Shown piece by piece: positions 14,298 through 26,409 of a stretch of DNA of 64,000 bases. The translations under genes and the position numbers were made by a program. Within the stretch, counting starts at the first letter, position 1; each line of letters starts with the position of its first letter. A model generated the notes under the pieces. That model was not told where the DNA came from and did not search any database. It saw only the letters and a program-made list of their open reading frames with translations. Source of the DNA: the human T2T-CHM13v2.0 reference genome, Homo sapiens; NCBI RefSeq assembly GCF_009914755.1, contig NC_060929.1. One strand, given 5' to 3'.

Positions 14298-15127
14298 ATT
14301 ATATTACATTGACCCAAAGAATTCCAAGTAAATTTTAGTGGTGAGACCTACAGCCTTGAAAGAAATCTCCTTGCCATTATATTGAAACCATTCAAACATT
14401 TTAGAGATGTTACCATGAAAATGAGGCAGTAGATGCCCCAGATTATGATGGATTCCTTAATCTACTGTGGAAAACCACTGCTGTACAAGTCAAGCCTAAG
14501 GCAGTCAAAAGTTTGTTTGAAGCCCAGCAGACCCCTTACCACTTGAAAGCAAAAGTGAATGGTTTTTGCTTAATGATGAGGAGTCACTCTCTCCCTCCAA
14601 CCACCATGATCCTTTTATCCCATTCTAACCTGAATGCAGCTATTATGAGAATAAATATGGTTAGGGGTGGGATTGAGGACCCCCTGTCCATAAGGGTAAT
14701 AAAAGCAATACAATCTGTCTGAGTATTTTGGGGAACTTCAAGAAGGAGAGAAACACTAACTTTCATAGTTCTGTTGGTTGCAGGCAGCCAAGTCACCGTC
14801 CTATCTGGCAGGATATGGAGGTACCCAAATTCAACAGATGGAGTTTGGATAAAGTTTACAGTGGGGGAGGGAAACTCAGATAACCTTATCAGTGGGGATT
14901 TTTCTGACTAATTAATGTACTGTTGTTTTGGCTTTCATGGCTGAATATATAATTGGTATTGTACATGTGTATACTGTAAATATTCATCTTCCAGAGGGAG
15001 TTATCACAATCAGGAAGAAACTTACGGAGAAATGTGTTAATGAGAGAATATATATTTGAAGTATTCCCTGAACACCTGAGTCATTTTCTAATAGTGAGTA
15101 AGTCGAATTAAGTGTTACTGCCCCAAA

Positions 15128-15432
<305 letters not shown>

Positions 15433-15639
15433 AAGTGTTACTGCCCCAAATCACATGAATTTGCTTACTCAGGACAACTTCCCAGCGGGATAACTGACTC
15501 ATTGTTTGTGTACATGCTATGGGCAATTTTCCCTTTAAGGGAATTCTCTAATTAGGAATGGTTATAAGAAATATATTCCTGACTCTAGCTAAAACATACT
15601 ACCTTGGCCCTGGAAGACACTACCTTGACCCTGTAAAGT

Positions 15640-15990
15640 ATTCAGTTCATCTGCAACTCACTGACCGGTGTTGCTATGGATGATAAAATTGTCCTTGCTA
15701 TGCAAGGTAGAGTCTGTGAAATCATGAATTCACTCTGACTTACCTGGATTCATTTTCAGGTCAAGTGAAAATGTCAATATAAAAAATTAAGGAGGAAGCC
15801 ATCTGATTTGTTAAGGTAGAACTTCATGATTTGTGAAATTTGTTTAGTTGGTTTATTTGGAGTCTTGTTTGAGGTCCTAAATGGGACATGTTTGAGGTCA
15901 GTGCTGAAGATTGGACTCATCTTGATCTTTGCTGTGTTATTGGTTGCAAATTTAATTAAAGACCTTATAGGACAAATGGAATGGCTTTGA
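15640..15990 (+). pseudogene. Retroviral env transmembrane-domain remnant
   Basis: Translates NSLTGVAMDDKIVLAMQGRVCEIMNSL*LTWI, resembling gamma-type TM SLAxVVMDNRIALDYLLAxQGGVC..CCTWI; lies just before PPT and 3' LTR. Confidence 0.6.
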
Positions 15991-16083
15991 TTCCAGACTC
16001 AGTCAGTAAGATTAATTCCAAAGGCCAATGTAATTATGGGAAAATTTACTAGAAACCTAGACTGTAGAAACAAAGGGTGGATA

Positions 16084-16587
16084 TGATTGGACAGTCATTC
16101 TCAAGAGGTCTCATATTTTCACATACTTTTAAGTAGAAGCATTGACTCTGTTCAGCACTAGCTTTTCAAGAATGGCTGTGTAGGAAACTGCCTTGGAAAA
16201 TAAAGATAGTATCTCCCTACAGAGAAAATGAAGTTTGCTTACAGTCCAGTATAATAAAGATAATATCTCTCCATAAGGCAAGCGTCAGGCCAACTTAGTG
16301 TCTAGCAAAAGAGATATAGTTCGCTAAATAAAGTGCTTTCTTTTCCTCCAGTAATGCAATCCAATACATGTGCAGATATCACATGGTCTTTATGTCACCC
16401 TATAGAAATTGAGGGTCAAAAAACCAACACAAATGTTGATACTCTGGCTACTGCTATTCCTGTAATAAAGTGTCCTTTGTCTTTCACGCAGGAGTATTGT
16501 GTCTCCTTCTAGCCCCCATGTAACTAGGGAAGAATAACTTGTTAGTTTGCAAGTAGGGGAAAATCTCAGTCTTAACTTTTCTTGACA
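16084..16587 (+). mobile_element. 3' LTR of ancient ERV1-like provirus
   Basis: TG..CA ends, preceded by purine tract AAAGGGTGGA, AATAAA near 16464, homologous to 12645-13095. Confidence 0.7.
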
Positions 16588-16736
16588 CCAAATACAATAT
16601 CTAAAAGATAACATCGAAAAGCTGAAATTCCTCTTTCATTACATAATATAACATAATGATTCTCAACATGGAATTTAAATGTAGACTGACTTTGTGATAT
16701 GGAGCAAGCCTCACCTCCCTTCGTGGTCTTAGGTTT

Positions 16737-17342
16737 TGTGGTAGGCAGGAATTTAAAATGTCCCCCAAGATTTCTGCCCTTAGTATACATGCCCTGTTTA
16801 ATATCTTCCAAGCTATGTGTGGAAGAGACTTGTGAATAGCATGGGATTTTATTTCCATGATTAAGTCAGTAATTGGTTGCCTTTAAGTTAATCAAAAAGG
16901 AGATCATCCTGGGTGAATCTAAGCTAATCAGGTCAGCCATTTTAAAGACAGTCTACAGGTTAAAAAAAAAAAGTCTTTCAGATTGATTTGAAGCATTAGC
17001 AGGTATTTTTCTTTGAGGCCAGTAGATGTGAAGCAAACAGCCACATTGCAAGCTGTCTATGGAGAGGGGCAGCCGCTAGAAGTTGAGGACCTCAGCCTTA
17101 TAAAGAGAATTCTTACAAAGAAGAGAATTGCCAAAACCTACATAAGTTTAGAAACAAACCCTGGGCTCCAAATGAGAACCATCACATGGCTGGCAATTTG
17201 ATTTTAGCTGTGTGGTCTCCTGAGCAGTGAATCCAGCCATGTCATGCCCCGACTCCTGGCCTTCAGAAACTACGAGGTAATACTTTGTAATTTTAAGCTG
17301 CTTAATTTTTAGCTGTTTCTTGCATAGCGCAGAAAATAAATG
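16737..17342 (+). mobile_element. MLT1E/F-like MaLR LTR
   Basis: TGTGGTAGGCAG.AATT..AAATGTCCCCCAAGATTTC start; TTTTAAGCTGCT..GCAGAAAATAA end. Confidence 0.75.
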
Positions 17343-18019
17343 TGATTTTCTTATATCCTAAAAATGTGGTTAAAAGCATCATTTGCCTCATAGCTTCCCT
17401 GGGAGGATTAAAGGAGTAAATATACATTAAAATGGTTTCAGAAGTGCCTGGCCCATAGTAAGAGCTATGTAAGGGCTCAGTCTTACGATTATATATGATT
17501 GCTTTAAGCTTGCTAACTTTTGCTTTTATTGCCTAATAATTCTAATTGGGGGTGCCAAGATACACCAGTTTTTCACTTACATAAGAAAATAATCATAACT
17601 TCACTAAGTCACTTATAATACACTGTGAAGACGTTTGGCTACATGGAAAATGTTAAGTGGAAAAACTATTTTTGCTTCTTGCAAGCTTCCTGGAAGCCTC
17701 CAAAGCAAGCACATGCTGAACATGGCTCATTGCAAACTGTGAAGGAGGCAAAGCTGCTCCTTTAGTTTCCAGACCTCCGCATTTGCCTCACCACCTTTTG
17801 AAGCTTTTTATATAGATATATTCCCACGCATATGCATAATTTTAAATACATGCATAAATGTAATAAAAATATAGGTATTTCATTTCAATCTAATTTCACT
17901 CTTTTAGTTGTGGGGTTGGCCTTTCTCTTCTTATCACTTTGCCACCTCTCCTAAGTGACTTCACCCTTCCCAACATCATACGTTTACCCAAAACCACAAA
18001 ACACCGAATATGCATCCTG

Positions 18020-18021
<2 letters not shown>

Positions 18022-18056
<35 letters not shown>

Positions 18057-18076
18057 GACACACACACACATACACA
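18022..18076. repeat. (CA)n microsatellite
   Basis: Direct observation. Confidence 0.95.
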
Positions 18077-18703
18077 GATAGGTTGTCCAGACATGGTTTG
18101 AAAATGTATTCATATTGTCCATATATTGTATTAAATATGCAATTTTATTTATGTGCATGTATAAATATATATTTATGCATATACATAAACGTGTTTATTT
18201 CATATTTTACTTTCCTCACTAAACAATTACCTCATGAAAATACCTTCCTGCCAACTTTATGTCTTTACTCTCTTCCCCATTTTTAATGTTCATCTCCCCC
18301 CGCACAAAACAAATCCCACCCTACTTGTCAACGGTCTCTTAGTCCATGAGCAGAGTGGTGTGGGCTGCATTGTGGCAGGTGGGAGGAAATAGGGAGGTGA
18401 ATGGGAGGTTTGCATGGAGCTGTGTGGGCTATGCTGACATCATGCTGAGGGATGTCACTGTTAGACAAGTAGCCATCTTCAGAACCTCACAAGGGTGTTT
18501 TCAATTCAGGAGCATATATGCTCTGCAGGTCTTCTTTAGATAGCATTTGTGGAAGTGATGAAGTGCATGGTCCACATCAGCCATATGACAACCCTGAATC
18601 TCTTGACCTGACCAGCCAGTGACTCTGATTTCTGGATTCAGCCACTTCTTGGACTTGAGACATGGTTTTCTTATTGAATCAGCTGTAATGAAAATCCAAG
18701 TCG

Positions 18704-19012
<309 letters not shown>

Positions 19013-19234
19013 TCAGAGCTTTGTTTGCAACCAGGTAAAAGAGCTACAATAAAGCAGATGTTAGTGAGTTGCTGATGAAAGAGATCAGCTTTCTACTCCT
19101 ATTTCAAATTTTCAGCAAAAAATCATATAAGATTATAAGAAAATGACTAATAATTGTTTTCCACATGGCCTAAGAAAATAAGGTATTATTTAGGATTGAA
19201 TATAGATCATCATTTCAGAGTAAGAGTGGAAAAC

Positions 19235-19616
19235 TGTTATGGATTGAATTGTGTCCCCCAGTGTATAGGCTAAAGTCCTTACCCCCAGTACTTCAGAATG
19301 GGACCTTATTTGGACACAGGGTTTTTACAAAGGTAATTATGTTGAGATCATTAGCATAGGCCCTAATCCTGTATGACCTGTGTTCTTATAAAAAGGAGGA
19401 CTTTGGAGACAGAAATGCACACAGGGAGAACACTATGCAAAAAGACAAAGAGAGAAGAAAGCACCTACCAGCAAGGAAGAGAGGCCAGTACCAAATTCTT
19501 CCCTGACAGCCCTCAGAATAAATCAGCCCTGTGGGCACCTTGACATAAGAAAATAAATGTTATAAATGTATGTAGGTTGTGGTACTTTGTTACAGCAACT
19601 GTAACAAACAAATACA
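19235..19616 (+). mobile_element. MLT1B/C-like LTR
   Basis: TGTTATGGATTGAATTGTGTCCCCC..CCCCCAGTAC.TCAGAATG.GACCTTATTTGG; ends AAAC.AATACA. Confidence 0.85.
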
Positions 19617-19822
19617 GCAACTTATGGCCACAAACCAAATGTGGTCTACCACTTGTATTTATAAATAAAGTTTTATTGGAACACAGCCACAGCCATTTGT
19701 GTACATATTGCCTACAGCTACTTTTGCACTAAATAACTGAATAGTTTTGAAGTGAGATCATGTGGCCCACAATGCCTAAAATATGTATGATCTGTCCCTT
19801 TACAGACAAAGTTTGCCAAGTC
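19617..19822 (+). mobile_element. MER58A (left terminus displaced by MLT1 insertion)
   Basis: AAATAAAGTTTTATTGGAACACAGCCAC..TGTGGCCCACAA.GCCTAAAATAT..CCCTTTACAG..AAAGTTTGCC. Confidence 0.85.
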
Positions 19823-21032
19823 TGACACAGGAGTCTCATTGTACATCTTCTCTCTCCCAGATGTCCTAGCCTCCCAGGTCAGTCACCCCCAGCTAGACTC
19901 ATACCCTCACATCTGCTTGGGTAAGACTCAGTTTCTCCACAGGTTCTTCTCTATAAACCTTCCAAGATACTTTTTGGATCCCAGTACTTACCATTTAGAA
20001 CAACTTTCCAGAATGTCAGACTTCTTTGATGTACAAATGGTGACTGTGTGTTTTTTTTTTAAGCCACTGAGGATTTGTAGTGAGCATTCCTTTATCTCTT
20101 GCACAGATGACCAGCTGCCCATATCCTCTATCGCTTTCTCAAATACTAATGAATGCATATGATGGGCCACACAATATTTTACACTTTACATTTATTAGAG
20201 AACTTATTTTTCACACAAATATATGAGATAGGTACTAGCATTAGCACCAAATTACATATAATAAATCTGAGGAACAGTGAATTTGCTTTTAGCTAACATA
20301 GACAATGCCACACTGTGTGAGGAAACCCAGCTACAATCTCAGGCAGTATGCCCATGAAGTGATACTCTTACTTATTTGCTATAGTTCTGTCTTTTTTTCC
20401 CTCCTACATTACACAAAATGCAGGGTCTGGAAGTGCAATAGTTATACTACTTACTCATTGCTACCAGGAGACTCTTTTTCTTTTTTTATCCCTCAAAAAT
20501 GATACCTGCTATGATTTACGTACAAGCAGATATACCACTGGTACTCCTTTTACCACTGGTAGAGACAAGAAATTTCTTGTCTGATTTCCTTGTCTCTACC
20601 CTGCATATATCTATACTCTATACTCATTTGTCCTTGTGTCTCTGTGTCATACTTCCCTGGTCAAAAATCTAAGCTTATTAAGAACAACTCCAGTGCATTC
20701 TGTGCCTGCATTTGATTACTGCATCCTCACTCCTGGGTGGCCCAGAAAGAAAACATTGAAAGAAAATACTCTTCAGTGATCAGAACATCAGGTGATACAA
20801 ATAATTGTCCACTTGGTGTACAAAGTGAATAGCCTGATATGTGGATCTATACCGATCCATTACTCATAGCTAAATAGTTGGTCAACTGGTCAGATATTTA
20901 AAAGACTATCACTAGAAAATAGATGGCCAAGAGGTCTACAGGAGAGGTAGGAATTATCCCATAGATATCCTGCTGTTCTTTTCTCAACCAATGTGGTGAT
21001 TGCTCAAAGGGCCCATGCTCCCAAAGTGCTTT

Positions 21033-21650
21033 TGTTATAGGAGTTATTAAGAAATTATTTTAGGCAGACAGGAAAAGGGGTCATTGGGAAGTTTTTGTTT
21101 CTTTTAAAGCAGTTACAGAAACGTTTATTGTCTAGCAGGATAGCCCTGGCTTTTAGAGCCTGGCAGGCAAGCTTTGATGTGGAAATGCAGTCCATTAGGA
21201 ACTGGGTTCACCCAAACATGGAGATTCCCACCGTGTTCTTCTTGTCCTTGCCTCAACATGTGCCTGGCAACATGGCCGCCCCCACATATCCCCACTTGTG
21301 TAGAACATCATGGTGCCCTGCTTTTGCATATTAAAAAGCTAGGGTGGGAGGGCCAGTTTTTTCATTGGCTACATGAGTAACATGCCTGGTCAAACCAATC
21401 ACCTGAGCCCTTTGCAAATCAGACACCACCTACACCGGGGACAGCCACTTTTCCACTGCACACGGGGTTTTTTCTTTGTTCTAATCCCCCCTCCCTCTGT
21501 CTTTGTGCGGGGGAGCTGTTTTCTTCTTCCTTCTTTCTTGCCTATTCAACTTTTCGCTCCTTAAAACCACTCCATGTGTGTCCATGTCATTAATCCTATC
21601 GGCGCAAGTCCGAGAACCGTGGTGTTCCCCCAGTCATCAGAGCTGTATCA
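21033..21650 (+). mobile_element. ERV1 solo LTR (LTR27/MER50-like, tentative)
   Basis: TG..CA ends, flanks CTTT/GTTT, strong similarity to 29800-30493. Confidence 0.8.
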
Positions 21651-21790
21651 GTTTGGTTTGCAGAGATAAGAGCTATAAATTCCCTTTTTTTCTCATTTAA
21701 ATGCATCTAACTATGTGCTGGGTAATCAACCTACCAACAGCAGAAATCAAAGGTAAGCTTCAGATATGGATCTAGCATATAACTGCTAAG

Positions 21791-22005
21791 GCAGGGGTCT
21801 ACAACCTTTCTCTGCAAATAGCTAGATAGTAAATATCTTAGGCTTTGTGGGCCATATTGTCTCTATGCAGCTACTGAACTCTGACTGCCATTATAACCCA
21901 AAAGCAGCCATAGGCAGTAAATATATCGAGTGTAGTTGTAATTCAATTACATTTTGTTAAAAACAGAGACAAGACTTTACCCAAGAGCTTTAGCTTGCAA
22001 ACCCT
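21791..22005 (-). mobile_element. MER58A
   Basis: CAGGGGTCT.CAA..GATAGTAAATAT.TTAGGCTTTGTGGGCCATA..AAAGCAGCCATAG..TTGCAAACCCTG TIRs. Confidence 0.8.
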
Positions 22006-22344
22006 GTCCTGAGGTTATCACTCAGCAACCTGGTGACAATATAATTGATTACATTATGCTTTCCCACCATGAATGAAGCAGTTGTTTCTTTTAAAAGAGC
22101 GGACTACTGAGTCTGGTATGGATTTTTCTCTCCTCCATGCAGTGCTTCTGCCAGGCCTACAATTTGTGCATTTATGCTTCCATTTGTGGCATCACCACGG
22201 TATTTCACTCAGTATCACCTTTAACAATTGCCAATTTAGAGGGAAGACAGTGGGACAATGGCATAATGCCCACAGCATTTCCCAGTGATATCACATACCC
22301 CATCACCCAGAAGCAGCTGCCTTGATGGAATTGGAAAGGCAATT

Positions 22345-22755
22345 TCAGCTCTAAATCACCACAAATCTTCAGTGGCTTAAAGACAATCATTATGTCTACA
22401 TCAGCATCTGGCTGGCTATCTGTGGATCTGCAGATCGTTCCTGGGCTTGGTTGGGCTTAGTTGAGCTGTAGTGTAGGATTGTTCCTCACATATCTCATGT
22501 ATAGGTGGAGGCTGAAGTCATGCCAATTATTTTATATCAGGAATGTAAGAGATTGAAAGGACACACACAATGTCTCTTAAAGTATTGTTCTTCACAGAAT
22601 TGGCATAGTCACTTCTGTTTATATTCTATCCATTAAAGCAAATCAGAGGGTTAAGCCTAAAGTCAGACTGGTGGAAAAGCATATGAAGCTGGATAGGGAG
22701 AAAAGGATAGGAGAAAAGAAAATTAAACATTTGCTGAAATAATTTAATCTACCAG
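22345..22755 (-). mobile_element. Old MLT1 (J/K-like) LTR
   Basis: AAATCTTCAGTGGCTTAAA.ACAA and ..AATAATTTAATCTACCA ends; interrupts integrase-like sequence. Confidence 0.5.
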
Positions 22756-23664
22756 GGATGAGCTGAAAGCTTAGTTACAGTACTCTCTGAGGCCTGTTGA
22801 CCAGTACGTTGAGTCCTCACTTATATGAAATATGTTGTAACCCAGTATCCAGTAGACAGTGCCATCTTGCCTTAGCAAGAATGAATGTATCATGGAACTA
22901 ATGTATCGTGGAACTAAGTGGTAGAGTCAGGAGTGACTGCTTTCTCCATGTCACCAGAGAACACAGTTTAAGAATTTTTAGCCTCGGAATTAATCATCTG
23001 AACCCTAGTGCCAAACAAGGACTATTTCCACCAGGGTATCCAGTCAGGGCTCCAATTAATTGGCAGCAGAGACTATCCCCTGGGTATTTTGGGCTCTTTG
23101 TAACCCTAAAGCAACAGACAAAAAAAAAAAAGAGTATCACTCTATGACCTAGTGAGCTTGATCCCAATTATCCAGGAGACACAGAGTTACTGATGTATGC
23201 TGAGGATAAAGAGGAGAATCTGGAACAAGAAATTTAATGAGGTGTTCTTAGTACTCCAATTGCACAATAGTCCTGGTCAATTGAAATTGTAGCAACTCAT
23301 TCCAGAGAAGACAATCAAATAGTAGGTAACTGCAGTAATGAAGGTTGGCACACTCCAGGCAGTCATGATACCGATCAAAGATAAGGGAATATGGAATGAA
23401 TGGGTGGTAGAAGAGGCAGCTATGATTATCACCTTATGCATTAGGAAATTGACTGTAGTAGCTTTGTTTAAGCTGTTATTACTAGTACCTGTGATGGCTA
23501 GCATTTTAGGTTTCCATTATTGTTTGGGAAGATGATGGACTGTACCTATGCCCGATGTTTGGTAATCAAATTGTTATAAAATATCCTATCAGCTAAAAAA
23601 CATTTGTAAATGCATATATTTGCCTTATGGATAAGTACATTTATTTCATGTTTTAAAAGTTAAT

Positions 23665-24222
23665 ACAGGTCAGTTCTCTGGGTAGCCTTGGAAAAACCCA
23701 GTTATCCCCACTCCAAGTTCTTAGCTTGTAGTTCTCAGGAATAACCGTAGAATGTGCTGGGATGCAGTATGCTAAGACAGCAAGGAAATGCCTGAAATGG
23801 CCTGGGTCTTGTTCCTGTTCCACCTAAAAAATGTAACATCTTGCGATACAGAGGAAATGCCCAGGACAGCCCCAGCTTTGTTCCTCTCTCACCCCAGCTT
23901 TGTTCCTCTCTCACCTGGAAACAGGATTCCTTTAAAGCTTTGCCCAGTCAGTCACGTTGCCCATGAGGTATATGACCCAGGGATGCCTTTCAGCGTCCCT
24001 CAGCTGTGGTGCAAGTAAGGCACATGCAGTCAATACTCCATCCATCCTGGTCAGTTTCTTGAGCCTTGAGGGACTGGCTCATGATAGATGCTAGGCTTCT
24101 TTTGTCTCTTGCTGCCTATCTCTAAATAAGAAACTCATTTCATATAACTTGTAGTATGTGAGTATATTGCTGTATCACTGAACTCAAATATGTAGGTAAA
24201 TAGTATATTAACCTGCATTACA
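23665..24222 (+). mobile_element. ERVL LTR (LTR47-like, tentative)
   Basis: GTAGTTCTCAGGAATAACCGTAGAATGTGCTGG, TTTGTTCCT repeats, ends AACCTGCATTACA. Confidence 0.55.
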
Positions 24223-24544
24223 GTTCAAAATCTATCATTCAAAAAATAAAAATGCACATTTGAAAGATTTCTATTTGTCCCACTTATTTTCAGTATTAGT
24301 CCATTTTGCATATTAGCTAGTTATGAATGTCTGTACTCAAATATAGGGAAAAAGTAAATTTTTTTTCTTGATTTCAAGTAACTGAGATTTCAATAAAAGG
24401 CTTTTTTCATGTCTTCTTTTTTTCCACATTTTGATTCTGTGATTCTATTCTTATGTAATAGATTAAGTGCTGAGCTAGCAGTTGGGGAATGTGGAGTTTA
24501 TTGCTGTCTCCATCCTTTATTAATTTTGTGATTTTATGCAGGAC

Positions 24545-25728
24545 ACTTAATTGCACTAGAAATGTATTTTATAATCTGCAAAATGAAAGAGAACCCATAA
24601 ATCAACTCCATTGAAATCTTTAAATAATCTCTAATGAATGAGTCCCCTAAATGATATATACATTTATTTTAGCTATAAAATGACACATTATTTGAATAAA
24701 GAATAACTATTGGTTTGGTTTACATGTATAATAAAATATTCCTCAAATAAAGATGTTTGACCAATGAAACTTGATTATAGATGCCAATTTCAGAATCTGA
24801 AATAAAATATTTTATTATAAAATAATTAGTCATAAACTAAGTCTTTGAGTATATATATGAGTATATATATTTTATATATATTTTATATACTCATATATAT
24901 GAGTATATATGTATATATATTTATATATAAAAATATATGAGTATATATGTAAAATATATATATTTCATATATATACTTTATATACTTATATATACTCATA
25001 TATGAGTATATTTTATATATTTTATATACTCATATGTGTTATATATAAATATATATTTATATATAATACATATTTCATATATACTCATATATGCTATATA
25101 ACATACATATTTATATATATAAAATATATATTTCATATATACTCATATATGCTATATAACATACATATTTATATATAATATATATATTTCATATATATAC
25201 TTTATATACTTATATATACTCATATATGAGTATATTTTATATATTTTATATACTCATATGTGTTATATATAAATATATATTTATATATAAAATACATATT
25301 TCATATAAACTCATATATGCTATCTAACATACATATTTATATATATAAAATGTATATTTCATATATACTCACATATGCTATATAACATACATATTTATAT
25401 ATATAAAATATATATTTCATATATACTCAAAGACTTAGTTTATGACTAATTATTTTATAATAAAATATTTTATTTCAGATTCTGAAATTGGTATCTATAA
25501 TCAAGTTTCATTGGTCAAACATCTTTATTTGAGGAATATTTTATTATACATGTAAACTAAACCAATAGTTATTCTTTATTCAAATAATGTTATTTTATAA
25601 CTAAAATAAATATATATGTATATGATTTAGGGGACTCATTCATTAGAGATTAAAGATTTCAATGGAGTTAATTTATGAGTTCTCTTTCATTTTACAGATT
25701 CTAAAATACATTTTTAGTGCAATTAAGT
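24545..25728. repeat. Long inverted repeat: ~310-bp arms (24545-24856, 25419-25728) around ~560-bp TA-rich spacer
   Basis: Right arm is the reverse complement of the left, e.g. TAGTCATAAACTAAGTCTTTGAGTATAT / ATATACTCAAAGACTTAGTTTATGACTA. Confidence 0.97.
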
Positions 25729-26365
25729 ATATATATATACTCATATATCTGAAATATGTGTATATATACTCATTCATTAGAGATGTGTATATATATGTAT
25801 ACATATGTATATGTCACTTATCTTTTATATATAATTTATAAATCAATGATTGGCCTTATGTGATTGGATTCCCTTTTAGCTATTTTAGTGTCTATGTTCT
25901 TTATAGATAATAATACACATTAATATATAAATTAATATATAATATTACATATTTAATATAAAAATAAATTTTGAAGAACGTAGTCATTAAAGTAGCTAAA
26001 AGGGAAACCAATTGCATAAAGCCAACCATTCAGAAATGAACATGCTCTATGTTAGGGTGAACATACTCCTTTAGCTTCTATGGATATGTGATAGGACTTG
26101 GAGTGGGATCTTCTCAGTTGCCCTGTGGCTTGTGGCCAAATGAAAATAAAAATAAGAACAACAGGGCATGTGTGACAGCTATTCTCAAGAGCATTGCTGA
26201 CTATTCCTTTTACTTCCCAGATAAGATACAAGTTAAGCAGATAAAAAAGGTGTCCAAAGCACTAATATCCTTACACCAGGACAAAAGTGACCCCTGTCCA
26301 GAAGGCCATGCATTTTAGAGTCTGCTCTGGGTTCCTGGGGATAACTTGTGTACATCCCTCACCCA

Positions 26366-26366
26366 C

Positions 26367-26405
<39 letters not shown>

Positions 26406-26409
26406 ACAC
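26366..26409. repeat. (CA)n microsatellite
   Basis: Direct observation. Confidence 0.95.

Larger units (their letters stand above)
20715..23460 (+). pseudogene. Decayed ERVL pol remnant (RNase H - integrase - dUTPase), interrupted by three insertions
   Basis: PDMWIYTD..LVNWS..KIDGQEVYRRG (~20835-20950); YQQQKSKVSFRYG (~21730); PATW*, HHGISLSI..VGQWHNAHSI, YHIPHHPEAAAL (22020-22335); LFPPG..PINWQQRLSPGYFGL..KQQTKK..DPNY (23020-23175). Confidence 0.8.

Noticed and set aside
24909-25178. 89-aa Tyr/Ile-rich ORF
   Set aside because: Translation of TA-rich low-complexity spacer.
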